From positions 256,001 through 320,000 of the forward strand of contig JBMNFY010000010.1 in assembly GCA_050949565.1 (NCBI GenBank): DNA of 64,000 nt, in the 5' to 3' direction. Position 1 is the stretch's first letter. Each line of letters opens with the position of its first letter. Shown here piece by piece: positions 38,701 through 48,515 of the stretch. The position numbers and the translations under genes are program-made. This stretch comes from Kiritimatiellia bacterium. GTDB lineage: Bacteria > Verrucomicrobiota > Kiritimatiellia > RFP12 > UBA1067. The notes beneath the pieces are model-generated. The model worked only from the letters and a program-made list of their open reading frames with translations, did no database searches and had not been told where the DNA came from.

Positions 38701-41700
38701 GCGTTGTACGCGTTGGACGTGACCAGCATCGCGCCGCCGTGCCCGGCGCGCTCCGTCACGACCGCGCGCCCGAGGAAGTCCTTGCGCGTGACCGACTCGG
38801 TCGCCCACGGGCCGTTGTTGCGGCTGACCGAGACCGTGACCGTCTCGCGCCCGTCGGCGTCCCACGACGTTTCCGTTTTCACGATGCGTGAAAGCTCTTC
38901 GCCGCTGGCGGGGTCGGTCCAGCGTTCTTCTTCCACCGTCGCGCCGCCGCGATAGCGGTGGACGATGCCGGTGACGCCTGCGGAGGCGGTCCAGTCGGCC
39001 TCGTAATACGTGCAGAGATAGGGGGCCGAGACCGTCTGGACGCCGAGGGGGTCGGTAGTGACGCGGTGGTCGCAGACGCCGTGAGGGTAGGCGGTGCGGG
39101 TTTCGAGGGGGGCGGAGGCGGGGTCGCGCGCGCCGTTCTTCCAGACGCAGCGGACGGTGTTGGTGACGCGCCCGAAGCCGTCGCGGAAGGTCTCGGTGAC
39201 GGGGTGCGCGCCGCCCGCGCCGGGAAGGCTGCCGGCTGAGGTCTCGGCCTCGGCGGACCAGCCGGGCACGCCGGGGATATGCCAGTGCTCGGTCACGGCT
39301 CCGTCTCTTGAGCGCACGGCGGCGAGGCGGCAGCAGTCGTAGAGGTTGGTGAGGGCGGTGCCGTCGGAGAACTCGGTGCGCAGCAGACGGCCCTTCTCGT
39401 CGTAGGCGGAGGCCTCCCAGGCGAGGGGGCTGTCCGTCGCGGCGTGGCGCGTCTCGCGCAGGAGCAGGCGGCCGTGGGCGGCGTCGGTGATCCTGACCTC
39501 GGCCAGCGGCGAGGCGGAGGAGGCGGAGACGGCGCGGATGAAGGCGCCGCTAGGGTCCGCAGTGAAGGCGCGGGCGGCGGGGTCGTAGCCGCCGGGCGTG
39601 TAGGCGTGGCTATTGGTGACGCCGTCGCCGGTGATTTCGAGGAGCGGCAGATTGCGGAAGGCGTCGGGGACGCCCATGTCGGCGTAGCGCACGTCCAGCG
39701 ATGTCTGCCCGTCGCCGGGGACGCCCGGCGGCGGGAGGCGGGTGGTCGCGGCGGCGACGGCGGGGAGGCCGTTGGTCTCGAAGCGCGTGAGGACGCGGGC
39801 GAGGGCGGCGACGGGGAGCGCGCCGGAGGCGGGATCGCGGAGGACGAAGACGGATTCGGCGCGGGGGATATGGGCGTCGGCGGGGTCGGCGCTGTCGGCG
39901 GGGTCGGCCGGCGCGTAGGCATAGAGCGTGAGGGTGCAGGGCGGGGGCCAGAAGGGCAGGTCCGCCAGCGCTTCGGCCGGTATGCCGTCCGGCCGGGCGG
40001 CGGCGAAGGCGTCGAGGGCCTGGATCTGAGTCCTCGGACGGCTCGTAGGAGCCGTCGAGCTGGTCGAGGGCGAGGACCGGCGCGGCCCCGGGCGTCGCGG
40101 GCGGTGTAGCGCCACGGGCGGTCGCTGCCGGCGGCGAAGCGGGGCGTGCCGTTGCGGGCGGGGTTGGCGCCGTCCTCGTGGTAGGAGGCCCGGGAGGTGC
40201 GGGGGTTGCTGTCGCTGTAGGCGCCGCACTCTTCGCGGTAGACCTCGCGCAGGACGGCTGACGGGCCGATGCCGATGCGCTTGGAGACGGTGACGGTCCG
40301 CGAGAGTTCGCGGGCGGCGTCCGAGACGCTGCGGGTCTCGGTGAGGGTGGCCTCGGGGGCGTTGAGCCGGTCCTCGCGGGCCAGGGTCTCGGTGAGCCCC
40401 GTGAGGTTGTCGGTGCGGGCCGAGACGCCGGGCGTCGAGAGGACGTAGGTCATGTCGCGGATGACGTTGCCCGCCTCTTCGCGGGTGACGCGGATGCGCG
40501 CGGTGTCGCCGCCGGGGTTGGCGAGCGTCCAGGTGTAGGGGTCGGCGCCGGGGTCGGTCACGGTGAGGGCGACGCCGTGCGGGACCGGAGTGACGGTGAC
40601 GCTGCGCCAGGGGGTGGCGAGCGACGCGACGCCGTGGGCGTTGCTGGAAACGGTGAGCGTGTCCGCGAACCACGGCGAGGGCAGGACGTTCAGGGCGGCG
40701 GGGGAGAGGGCGGCCGGGGCGTCGGCCCGGAGCCAGACGAAGCCGGCGGCGCGGCCTTTGGCGGGGCGTCCCAGGGGGATGCGGAACTGGAAGGAGCCGT
40801 GGCTGTCGCCCTCGGTCTCGTCCTCCGCGCAGTCGCCGGAGGCGCAGGCGTCCCCGCAGCCGCCGCACTCGGGGCCGGAGAGGAGCTCGCGGCCGGATTC
40901 GATGCCGCAGTCGTGGTCGTGGGGCGGGACTTCGCCCTGCCAGACGGCGACGCCGTTGACGTAGAGCGTGTTGCCGCCGGTCTGGAAGGCGTAGGGGCAG
41001 TCGTCCGGCAGTCCGGCGTCGAGCGTCAGGACGCAGTTGCAGGCGCCGCTCTGATGGGTCGTCCAGTCCCGCCAGAGGCAGCCGCTGTCCAGGGGGTATT
41101 CGCAGGGCCGGCTGTAGTGCTTTTCGGCCTCGGCGCTGTAGGCGAGCCCGCCGCAGTGATCGCCGGACCAGCGGAGGGAGGGCGCGGCGATGACGAAGTC
41201 GACGGGGGGCGCGCCGCGCGCCGCGGGCGGGAGGAGCGTGAAGGCGGCGGGCGGGAGCGGGTAGACGCCGGGGCGGGCGGCCGCGAGGGTCGAGGCGCCG
41301 GCGTCGAAGGCGAGCCCCTCGACGCCGGTGAAGGGCGCGGCGGCCGCGAGTTCCAGATCATCCGGCGGGGCGCGGTGCGGGCGGGCGGCGCGGTTGACGG
41401 CGACGGGGATGGCCGGGGGGGACCCGGGGGCGATGACCGGCAGTCCGGCGGCGTCCACGGCCGTGGGGAACGAGACCCCGGGCGTCCAGGCGAGCAGGTA
41501 GAGGGGCTGCCGGTTGGCGGCGGGGGCGGAGGGGGAGGCGGCGCGCAGGCGGAGGGTGAAGTCGCCGGGCTGCGCGGGGAGCGGGAGGCGCAGGGAGTCG
41601 TCCGGCGGGAAGGCCGTGAACACGCCGCCGGTCGTGCCGCCGCTCCACTCGAGGGCGGCGCCTTCGAGGCGGACGGGGGCCGCGCGGTCGGGGGCGGAGG

Positions 41701-43147
41701 AGAGGAAGGCCTGGAAGGCGCTGCTCGCCCGCCTGAACGTGAAGGTGCGTTCCCAGATCAGGTTGGTGAGGCCGCTCCTCCCCGTCGTGACGGTGAAGGG
41801 CGGCGCGAGGAGGGCGGCGGCGAGGGTGTTGGAGAGGGAGGGGGCGGGGATGAAGAAGAGTCCGGCGGCGGCGGGGTCGGCGCCGGCGAGGAGGGCCGCG
41901 CCGTGCGTGAAGCCGGAGGGGGAGATGTCCGAGGCCGAGTGGGCGACGCCGGTGGCGCCGTAGCGGAAGATCTCCCAGGCGTCGGGCAGGCCGTCGCCGT
42001 CGAGGTCGGCGGCGGGGGTCGGGGCGCGCGGGTCGGGGTCGGAGCCGTCGCAGAGGCCGTCGCCGTCGGTGTCGCGCGTGAGCGGGCAGGTGCCGAGGGC
42101 GGTCTCAGCGCCGTCGGACAGCCCGTCGAGGTCGGTGTCGGCCATGGAGGGGTCGGTGCCGTGGATGAACAGCTCGTCGTGGGTGGAGAGGCCGTCGCCG
42201 TCGTGGTCGCTGACATCGGGGTCGAGCATGCCGAAGGCGCGCCAGCGCAGTTCGAGGCCGTCGGCGGGGGCGGCGGGGTCGTTCCGGGCGAAGGCCTCGC
42301 CGCCGCCGTTGTGCCGGGCGCCGATGAAGAGGTTGGTGAAGGCGTGGCCGCCCGAGCGGAGCGCGGAATTGGAGGGCACGCTGTAGCGGAAGGCGAAGTC
42401 GCCGTTTTTGAAGAGTTCGGACTGGAAGGAGACCGGGCAGTTGGTGTCGCGCCCGGCGTAGAGGTTCTCCCAGGTCAGCAGCAGGCTGTTCGAGGCGGTC
42501 AGGGCGTGCCAGAAGCGCCCCTGCGGCGGCACGGTGCCGAAGCTGCCGTGCAGCGGCGCGAGCAGGCTGGCGTTCTCGGGCACGGAGGAGGGGGAAGGCG
42601 TGGATAACGGGTTCTGGAACGACACCAGCCCGGAACTCGACACGTAAAGGCCGTCGACCTGGTTGGTGCCGAGGGTGAAGGACCAGCCGTTTGTCCGCAG
42701 CCAGAAGATGTCCTCGGCCACGCCGTACACGGTCCACGGCGCGTGGACCACGGCGTTGGAGGGCGCGGTGCGCCAGGCTGCGGGGTTGGTCGCGGCGGAG
42801 ATCCGGGCGAAGCCGGCGGCGTACTGGGCGGGGGTGAGCGCACCGGCGCGGGGCGCGCCGGTGCGGTCGTTCAAAGGTTCAAGACGTTCAAGAGGTTCAA
42901 GCGGGACGGCGGAGGTGGCGGCGGCGGGGACGGGCTCCGGGGCGCCGGCCGGGACCTTGCGCTTGGAACCGCCGCTGACACAGCACGCGATAAGAAAAAT
43001 CGCGATGAACACTTGGCCGAAGCGGGACTGGGCGAGGAAGCGACGCATGAGCATGCCGACAACGCCGCCGCCGGTCTCGTATGCGCGGGCGATGAACCAG
43101 AGCACGAAAGCGATGCCCAGGAAAATGAAAAGCATGTTGGGTGTCAT
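35787..43147 (-). CDS. Full-length ~2450-aa membrane-anchored Rhs polymorphic toxin (two apparent +1 indels at ~40081 and ~40030)
   Basis: ORF 39293..43147 (TM helices, GGSK, nidogen-like region, DxDGDG Ca-binding repeats) joins ORF 35787..40868 (YD repeats, NDPINKWDYLG, CT with H..NC) through a short third-frame bridge GRPVLALDQLDGSYEP. Confidence 0.82.
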
Positions 43148-43173
43148 ATTCGCGTCTTTCCGGCTACTTTAAC

Positions 43174-43308
43174 GGTGTTCTTGCAAGCCCCTCGTGGCAT
43201 GGGCGTCCCGCCCATGAACACGGGCAAGATGCCCGTGCCACTCACGCCCATGAACACGGGCAGGATGCCCGTGCCACGCCTGCAAACGAGAAGTTCTGCA
43301 AAAGCCTC
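43174..43308. mobile_element. Degenerate copy of the MITE with an extra REP unit
   Basis: GGTGTTCTTGCAAGCCCCTC..GTGGCATGGGCGTCCCGCCCATG..(CACGGGCARGATGCCCGTGCCAC)x2..TTCTGCAAAAGCCTC; no TSD visible. Confidence 0.82.
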
Positions 43309-43313
43309 TCCTG

Positions 43314-43904
43314 TCATTTGATGGTGATCCGTGTGGCGTCCGGGGCGGACATGATGGTGATGCGCTCCTGCGGCGCGTCCGCGCCGCGCGCGGTGACGCG
43401 CAGGGTGTCCCAGGTTCCGGGGTGCAGCCACTCCGGCAGGGGCGGCGGGGGGAGCCCCGCGAAGGCGACCGCGCCGTCGCGGTCGGTGAAGGCCGGGGGC
43501 AGGCAGTCGCCTGCGGCGGTGACGCGGATGAGGGCGGTGAGCCTCTGCGTGCCGTTGGACGAGGCGGCGGGGACGGCGTGGCGGGCGCGCAGGCCGCGCG
43601 GCGACAGGAACCACCCGCCGCGATCCCATCCGATGGCGAGGTCGGTCTCGCCCGCATCGAGCGCGCCGTCCGCCGGGGCGGTATCGCGGCCCAGGCAGAC
43701 CTGGACGTGGTTGGAGGGCGTGGCCTCGAAGACAAGCTCGAGGCGGAAGACGCGCGGGCCGTCGGGACCGGCGGCGGGCAGGGCGTGCGTCGCCGACACC
43801 TCGCGGTCGGCGGTCGCGGGCCCCGGCAGGGGCTGCACCTCCAGAGTGGCGGCACCCGCCGCCAGCGCGGCTGCGGCAATGGCAATAGCGATGTTGTGTT
43901 TCAT
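43314..43904 (-). CDS. Secreted hypothetical protein, first gene of the Rhs operon
   Basis: ATG 43904 with GAGGAG RBS, signal peptide, 196 aa, same very high GC as the Rhs N-terminus. Confidence 0.75.
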   Translation of the reverse strand: MKHNIAIAIAAAALAAGAATLEVQPLPGPATADREVSATHALPAAGPDGPRVFRLELVFEATPSNHVQVCLGRDTAPADGALDAGETDLAIGWDRGGWFLSPRGLRARHAVPAASSNGTQRLTALIRVTAAGDCLPPAFTDRDGAVAFAGLPPPPLPEWLHPGTWDTLRVTARGADAPQERITIMSAPDATRITIK

Positions 43905-44110
43905 CTCGTTCTCCTCGCGCGGCTTCTCGGTCTCCGGTCCTCTCTTGCCACCCGCCGGGCGGTCCTCGTTCGCGCACGGCTCACCACTATCGCTTGGCAG
44001 CAACGCCGCACCCCATCGTTGAGTGCATTGTATACTCACTGGCAGATAGAACGCAAGGCGAAAAAAGCCAACTGTCGCGGTGAAAACAAAACGCTTCGTT
44101 GGCTTTCCAC

Positions 44111-44139
44111 TTGACAGCACCCTGCCTATAGGCAAATAT
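44111..44139 (+). promoter_or_regulatory. Sigma70-like promoter with palindromic operator upstream of the HTH-MTase
   Basis: TTGACA (44111-16), 17 bp, AAATAT (44134-39), ATG 6 nt later; perfect palindrome TGCCTATAGGCA at 44123-44134. Confidence 0.65.
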
Positions 44140-44145
44140 ATGCAC

Positions 44146-45561
44146 ATGACAAAAGCAGAAACACAGGACGCAGTGCTTTACAGCACCGCCCAAGTTGCGG
44201 AAAAAGCGGGCGTTCACCGCGACACGCTTCTTCGCTGGCTCCGGGATGGCAAAGTGCCAGAGCCTAAAAGGGATGTGCGCGGTTGGCGTGTGTTTACAGA
44301 GATGGAGGCCGTTGCTATCGCGAATCGACTTCATGTCGGGGGGCAAGCTGATGGCCCGACGACTCAGGATTTTGGTTTTCTTCAGGGTATTAGCAGACTA
44401 CAGGAGTTAGACTGGGACTTCCTGAATGCAAAGACCGACTACCTGACACACGGTCTTCACCCTTACCCGGCGAAATACATTCCCCAAATACCTAATGCCC
44501 TGATTCAAGAGCTGTCCTCGGTTGAAGAAACCGTTGCGGACATTTTTTGCGGTAGCGGAACAACCCTTGTTGAGGCGCTGACTCTTAAGCGCCATGCGGT
44601 TGGTATTGATGCGAATCCTCTCGCTTGTCTCATAAGTGAGGCGAAGACAACGCGGCCTGTTGCGAGCGACGAGGCGCTCCTCCGCTCACTTGTTGACCGT
44701 GCTCAATCAATGGCGGAAACCCTTGCTACTGTCGACTCTGACTCGTTATTCCGTGAACCGCATTTCATAAGTCTGGCACCGAGGCCCCACGATGATTCGT
44801 TGCTCGCCTGGTTCGATGCGCCCGTTGTTGAAGAACTGGCCGAAGTACTTTCTTGGTGCGATGCTCTCCCAACCCAAACCAGTCGCACTTTGGCCTTAGC
44901 GGCATTTTCCGCGATTGTGGTTGCCGTCTCTAAGCAGGACTCTGATACACGGTACGTGCGTAGGGACAAGAATCTCAAGGCAGGCGACACGTTCAAACGA
45001 TTCGCCCGTTCTCTTGATTCTGCCGTGCGCGGTGTCATAGAGTTCGCCAAATTGGTTGAACCGCGATTCAACTGTCGGGTTCTCAACACAAGTGTTTTGA
45101 ACTGCCCCGACATTGGGGTCATTGATGCAGTCGTGTGCTCTCCTCCGTATCCCAATGCATGGAGCTATCATCTCTACCACCGTACCCGGATGTTATGGCT
45201 TGGGATGAACCAGTCTAAGTTCAAGGTTGAGGAGATCGGCAGCCATCGCAAGTACAGTCGAAAGCAACCCACGGCTGAAAAGATTCTTGCCTTCAGGGTA
45301 GAGATGGCAACGCTATTTGAGTGGTTGTCTCTTCATCTTCGAGCGGGACGATATGCCGCTTTTGTGATCGGCGATTCGATCATTGACGGCAAGCTTGTGA
45401 GCAATGCTGACATCCTTGCAGAGGTCGCCGATAGTTTTGGCTTCCGCGAAGTAGCCCGGATAAATCGAAATATCCAGGCGACAAAAAAGGCTTTCAACCC
45501 GAAGATCGGTAAGATTAAGCAGGAGCAGATATTAATACTCCAGAACAGGAAGGTTTACTGA
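44146..45561 (+). CDS. MerR/excisionase-type HTH fused to an N4-cytosine-type DNA methyltransferase (M1)
   Basis: YSTAQVAEKAGVHRDTLLRWLRDGKVPEPKRDVRGWRVF; THGLHPYPAKY, DIFCGSGTT, CSPPY. Confidence 0.9.
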   Translation: MTKAETQDAVLYSTAQVAEKAGVHRDTLLRWLRDGKVPEPKRDVRGWRVFTEMEAVAIANRLHVGGQADGPTTQDFGFLQGISRLQELDWDFLNAKTDYLTHGLHPYPAKYIPQIPNALIQELSSVEETVADIFCGSGTTLVEALTLKRHAVGIDANPLACLISEAKTTRPVASDEALLRSLVDRAQSMAETLATVDSDSLFREPHFISLAPRPHDDSLLAWFDAPVVEELAEVLSWCDALPTQTSRTLALAAFSAIVVAVSKQDSDTRYVRRDKNLKAGDTFKRFARSLDSAVRGVIEFAKLVEPRFNCRVLNTSVLNCPDIGVIDAVVCSPPYPNAWSYHLYHRTRMLWLGMNQSKFKVEEIGSHRKYSRKQPTAEKILAFRVEMATLFEWLSLHLRAGRYAAFVIGDSIIDGKLVSNADILAEVADSFGFREVARINRNIQATKKAFNPKIGKIKQEQILILQNRKVY

Positions 45562-45563
45562 AA

Positions 45564-47171
45564 ATGAGTAAGAAGATAATTTGCCGGATGAAGCCGTATA
45601 TTCAACCTTTTGAGCGACACTTGGCTGTGGCTGAGTTGAGCGCTTTGTCTGGAGTCGGTTTGTCGTTGGATGACGCTCAGGGCACCAACTTTGAAATCAC
45701 GACAGAGACTTCAGGCCAGACACTTGCCAGCCTACTGTCCTACTATGAATATGTTCAGGATGGTGCTAAAGGGTTTGTCACTAGTCAGGTGTTGCGGGAA
45801 GCAACGCTTTACTTTGCCCGTAACGGTATCTCTTTGCAGGACATCAGGAAGCAGTTTCCGGCAAAAGGGGATGTTACAATGCCGAATAGGCGTTGCCTTC
45901 GATATGGAACGCATGGGATTCATGAGTACCGTGGTAAGTTTTTTCCACAGTTGGTTCGATCACTAATCAACATAGCGCAGGTTCCTTCCAGTGGCATCGT
46001 GGCCGATCCAATGTGTGGTAGCGGTACTACGCTTGTAGAAGGAGTCCTTGCGGGGCGTCAAACCATCGGTCTCGACATGAATCCCCTGTCAGTGTTTATG
46101 TCACGTGTTAAGTGCGAGATGCTGCGGGTCAAGCCCGAATCGCTGGAAGAGCACTATAACAGAGTACGCGATGAATTGTTGCAATTACGGCCACGGTCGG
46201 TCGCAAAGCGACTGGAATACTTTCGGACGCTCGAACAGAAGGACCAAGACTATCTCAAGCGGTGGTTCGCTCCTCAAGTTCTAGAAGATCTGGACGTGAT
46301 AGCCGGTCATATAGCGGTTGTTGAGGAGACAAACTTACGCGACTTCATGCGATTGGTGCTGAGTAATATTATCCGGCGGGTGTCATGGCAGAAAGAGGAT
46401 GATTTGAGGATCAGGAAAGAAATCAGAACCGACATAGAGATCGATCCAATCCGAGAGTTCCTAGAAGAACTTGGGCGTTCTGTGCGGATAGTGATGGGGT
46501 TTCTTTGCCAGATTCGAGGAACGCGCTTAGGGGATGCGCAAGTTGCGGAAGGAGATGCCAAACAGATGTGTAAACATTGGCATGACCTTGCCGGAAAAGT
46601 TGACGCTGTAATAACGTCGCCGCCGTACGCTACCGCTTTACCGTATCTCGATACTGACAGATTGAGCTTGTTGTATCTCGGACTGCTACCACGAGAAGCA
46701 CATCGTGGTCGCGACAAGGAGATGATCGGTAATCGCGAGATCAGCGAAGGGATTCGACGAGAGTACCTTGAAAGGTTCCGCAAGGAAGGGAAGCTGCTCC
46801 CCAAGTCTGTTACGCGACTCATCGGCAAGATAGACCAGCTTAACGCAGGAGGCAGTGTTGGCTTCCGCCGTAGGAATCTGCCGGCACTACTCGCAAAGTA
46901 CTTCCTCGATATGAGGACGGTCCTTGCTGGCATTGCGCACATTCTTCGACCAGAGGCGCCAGCCTTCGTGGTTGTGGGGGACAATCATACAATTGCCGGT
47001 GGCCAACGGGTGGATATTGAGACTGCGGGGCTTCTGGCAGAGATTGCCCGGACGGTGGGGCTTGAAGAGGGGAATCACCTGCCAATGGAGATGCTGGTGT
47101 CGCGTGACATCTTCCGACGTAACGCCGTCGCCTCGGAAACCATCCTCGAATTCAGGAAGCCAGGTCAGTAG
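45564..47171 (+). CDS. Second N4-cytosine-type DNA methyltransferase (M2)
   Basis: THGIHEYRGKFFPQ, DPMCGSGTT, ITSPPY. Confidence 0.9.
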   Translation: MSKKIICRMKPYIQPFERHLAVAELSALSGVGLSLDDAQGTNFEITTETSGQTLASLLSYYEYVQDGAKGFVTSQVLREATLYFARNGISLQDIRKQFPAKGDVTMPNRRCLRYGTHGIHEYRGKFFPQLVRSLINIAQVPSSGIVADPMCGSGTTLVEGVLAGRQTIGLDMNPLSVFMSRVKCEMLRVKPESLEEHYNRVRDELLQLRPRSVAKRLEYFRTLEQKDQDYLKRWFAPQVLEDLDVIAGHIAVVEETNLRDFMRLVLSNIIRRVSWQKEDDLRIRKEIRTDIEIDPIREFLEELGRSVRIVMGFLCQIRGTRLGDAQVAEGDAKQMCKHWHDLAGKVDAVITSPPYATALPYLDTDRLSLLYLGLLPREAHRGRDKEMIGNREISEGIRREYLERFRKEGKLLPKSVTRLIGKIDQLNAGGSVGFRRRNLPALLAKYFLDMRTVLAGIAHILRPEAPAFVVVGDNHTIAGGQRVDIETAGLLAEIARTVGLEEGNHLPMEMLVSRDIFRRNAVASETILEFRKPGQ

Positions 47172-48367
47172 TAGTCCCAGAGCTTGTTCGACCTGCCCTT
47201 GGTCCTGTTCACACAGAAGGCGAGGTAGTGGCGGTGTTCTTGCGTTCCTTGGGGCACTATGTGGGCTAGGTAGTCGAAGCCAATGGTTGCATCCGCCTTC
47301 TCAAGACGCAAGATATCCCCAATGCTTCCGGCGCTTCGCAGGGCTTCACTTCGCAGGCGGAAGTCGTGCTTATCCGGCCAAGTCATCATGTTGACTTCGA
47401 TGACCTTCGTTCCAAGCCACATCTTGACCCCCGGCCGGTCCATCTTGCCTAGCTTGGCCGGGTCTGGGGCAAATAGAGACGGCCAGCCCCAGAAGTCGGG
47501 GGCATAATCGCGTGCTGCAAGCGGAATGAACACCTCGGGGGACCGGCGCGATGTTCCAGCGGTGACTTGACCAACGCCGATATCGGTCTGCTGTAGAGTC
47601 ATCAGGAATCCGGTCGCTGCAACAGCTTGCGGAGGCTGGACTGCTGGCGGCTGTCCGGTGCCGGAAGGTTCACGGAACGGCGTGGGGCCGGGCCACATCA
47701 CGGCGGCAGGAGCCTTTCCCACTGGCCTCGCGGAGAAAATGGGCATCCATTTACCTGGCTTCGTCCGTGCTGGTGATGCCTTCGCAGCTTGGGCTCTGGC
47801 AGCTTGGCGCTCCGTGACGATGTAGCCTTGGTCAAGGAGCTTCTCGATCAACGCAATGTCCACTCGCTTCGCCATGCCGGTTGACGGATCGCACCATGCG
47901 TTAAGTGTGCTCTCGAACTGCGTAATCAGCTTGCGGTGATCTGGTGACGAGGGGACGAGTCTCAGCAACATCGCCACCTCATAGTTCGTGTAGATGCCGC
48001 CTTCGGTGAGGTTACCCGATCCGATGGCTACGTCCGCACGCCCATCTTTCGCCTTGAAGAAATACAGTTTCGGGTGAAATGTAACACCGGCTTCATTGTG
48101 ATAAACCCATATCTCTCCGTTTACCCCTGCGCAATCAAGGAGAGCTTTTAGACCTTCCGCTGTAGTGCCACCGAAGTCCACACCAACGCACAACTGGACA
48201 CGCCCACGTTTTGCGAAATCGGCAAGCGGGGCGGCAATATGGCGGACCCCGGAATACTTCACAAAGGCCACTCCGGCACGGAATTCCGTCCAACCCGAAT
48301 CCGAGAGATGGCTTAGAAGGAAATCACCCAAGCGAATGGGGCCTTCTGGTTGCAATATCATATCCAT
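47165..48367 (-). CDS. PLD-family restriction endonuclease, BfiI/BmrI-like
   Basis: FHPKLYFF..IGSGNLTEGG..NYE catalytic motif; C-terminal DFRLRSEALR..GDI..IVPQGTQEH resembles the BfiI DNA-binding domain; GGAGG RBS. Confidence 0.85.
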   Translation of the reverse strand: MDMILQPEGPIRLGDFLLSHLSDSGWTEFRAGVAFVKYSGVRHIAAPLADFAKRGRVQLCVGVDFGGTTAEGLKALLDCAGVNGEIWVYHNEAGVTFHPKLYFFKAKDGRADVAIGSGNLTEGGIYTNYEVAMLLRLVPSSPDHRKLITQFESTLNAWCDPSTGMAKRVDIALIEKLLDQGYIVTERQAARAQAAKASPARTKPGKWMPIFSARPVGKAPAAVMWPGPTPFREPSGTGQPPAVQPPQAVAATGFLMTLQQTDIGVGQVTAGTSRRSPEVFIPLAARDYAPDFWGWPSLFAPDPAKLGKMDRPGVKMWLGTKVIEVNMMTWPDKHDFRLRSEALRSAGSIGDILRLEKADATIGFDYLAHIVPQGTQEHRHYLAFCVNRTKGRSNKLWDYY

Positions 48368-48403
48368 GTGCTTTGCCTCCTAGTAGTCTCCCTTATTGGG
48401 CGC

Positions 48404-48432
48404 TTTGTATCCAATCCTATGGAGGTTTGCAA
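48404..48432 (-). promoter_or_regulatory. Candidate promoter of the endonuclease gene
   Basis: Minus strand TTGCAA, 17 bp, TACAAA, ~36 nt upstream of the ATG. Confidence 0.4.
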
Positions 48433-48515
48433 CCCTTTTTTGATTTGCATTTTATTGTGGGTGTGTGTCAGATTCGTGATGGCAAAGGCGGCCATGACCA
48501 GCTATAATTCAAACT

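Noticed and set aside
40020-40090. Programmed ribosomal frameshift or phase-variation switch in the main Rhs gene
   Set aside because: No slippery heptamer or repeat tract; two separate +1 shifts are needed; similar indels occur in unrelated genes.
40090-40868. Arg/Pro-rich N-terminus of the 1693-aa ORF 35787..40868 (and the Pro/Ser-rich tail of 39293..43147)
   Set aside because: Out-of-frame read-through of a single GC-rich Rhs gene on either side of the indels; not separate proteins.
40577-42607. 676-aa plus-strand ORF and the many other long antisense ORFs (e.g. 1735..2745, 4121..5113, 9482..10726, 36378..37727, 48815..49819)
   Set aside because: Shadow ORFs opposite well-supported genes in high-GC DNA; no recognisable motifs.
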